Under the pieces are notes generated by a model. That model was not told the origin of the DNA, ran no database searches, and saw only the letters and a list, made by a program, of their open reading frames with translations. Below are positions 63,212 to 64,000 of a stretch of DNA of 64,000 bases, piece by piece; the first letter of the stretch is position 1, and each line of letters begins with the position of its first letter. The stretch is from Phoronis australis (lineage: Eukaryota; Animalia; Phoronida). The position numbers and the translations under genes were made by a program. The DNA lies in the NCBI GenBank assembly GCA_002633005.1, contig NMRA01000214.1, positions 203,579 through 267,578 of the forward strand, read 5' to 3'.

Positions 63212-63504
63212 CTAAACAAAGGCAATTAGAAGGTCAGAGGTCAGCTAGTGATCTTCAAAAATGTCAATTCACATTTATTTAAGAAACAGATATCAACAGA
63301 AAACGTTTAAGTCCTGGTTTTCATCAAACGGTAGCAAAATATCAGAGGAAGAAAAATTAATCCTTGGTAGGTCTACTAGGGGTACATCACCATGCCAGGT
63401 GTCATCTTCTCAGCAGAGAGCACCCACGGCAGATTTTAGAAGTGATGTCGAAAACGGAAGATAAGAGGAATTTAGATTCTAAGCTTGGCAGATGTAAAAT
63501 ACAT

Positions 63505-63710
63505 ACGGCACACATCACAAATTTTTGGCCGACCGGTCGGAAATTGGTCGACGACCGGCCGTCGACCGGTCGGCAAATTAGCCGACCGGTCGGCTAAAAA
63601 TTAGCCGACCGGCAGCCGCCCGCAGTGCCGACTCATAAGGCGACCCCACAGCCGACCCTTCAGCCGACCCTTTAGCCGACCGGCCATCAGACGACCAGCT
63701 GGTCGGCTGC
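63505..63710. repeat. GC-rich array of (G)CCGACCGGTCGG palindromes, likely subterminal repeats of a DNA transposon
   Basis: About ten CCGACC/GGTCGG units in both orientations in an otherwise AT-rich intron. Confidence 0.7.
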
Positions 63711-64000
63711 TATTGTTAGGCTAGAGTAGCAGTTGCGTAATAGGTTGTCAGGCTCATACCACTTTGCGTGTCGATGCATATTCGTCTTAGCACAGGGTCA
63801 AATAAATTAACCTAGTTTTGCTGTCTCGGTTACATGAGTTCACGTCGGTTGTGTAACACCACTACTTCGAAGGTTGAAGGCAAGCGGCATTAGTAAACAT
63901 TGGATTATGGACAATGCAACAAGTTTTGGATGAAAAACGTGAAAGTTTTCTTTACATTTGATCTTTAATTTGACTCCTGACGTTAACAAATTGTATTAGA

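Overview
Eukaryotic (animal, most likely invertebrate bilaterian) genomic DNA: AT-rich, with GT-AG introns, many transposon remnants, one 247-N gap and two single-N contig joins. Five protein-coding loci were reconstructed by hand. (1) The first two coding exons of a UBE2E-type ubiquitin-conjugating enzyme (minus strand; the rest was not found and probably lies left of the window). (2) A single-coding-exon HtrL/YibB-family, glycosyltransferase-like membrane protein (plus). (3) URM1 with an intronless core CDS (minus). (4) A complete 9-exon USP1 (plus, about 965 aa), with one GC-AG intron and one exon present twice across an N join. (5) The 3' 19 exons of coatomer alpha, COPA (minus), tail-to-tail with USP1. 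Best leads: a URM1 first exon that splices in frame either into URM1 or past it into an unrelated 74-aa ORF; a canonical PCNA PIP box in a USP1 lacking the vertebrate Gly-Gly autocleavage site; a Helentron/HINE-like element with seven co-oriented CTCF-like motifs; Penelope-type minimal hammerhead ribozyme motifs; a decayed HIRAN-like ORF inside a TIR transposon; and recurrent perfect palindromes with a 1-nt centre. All identifications come from reading the sequence and recalled family motifs; no database search or folding was run.
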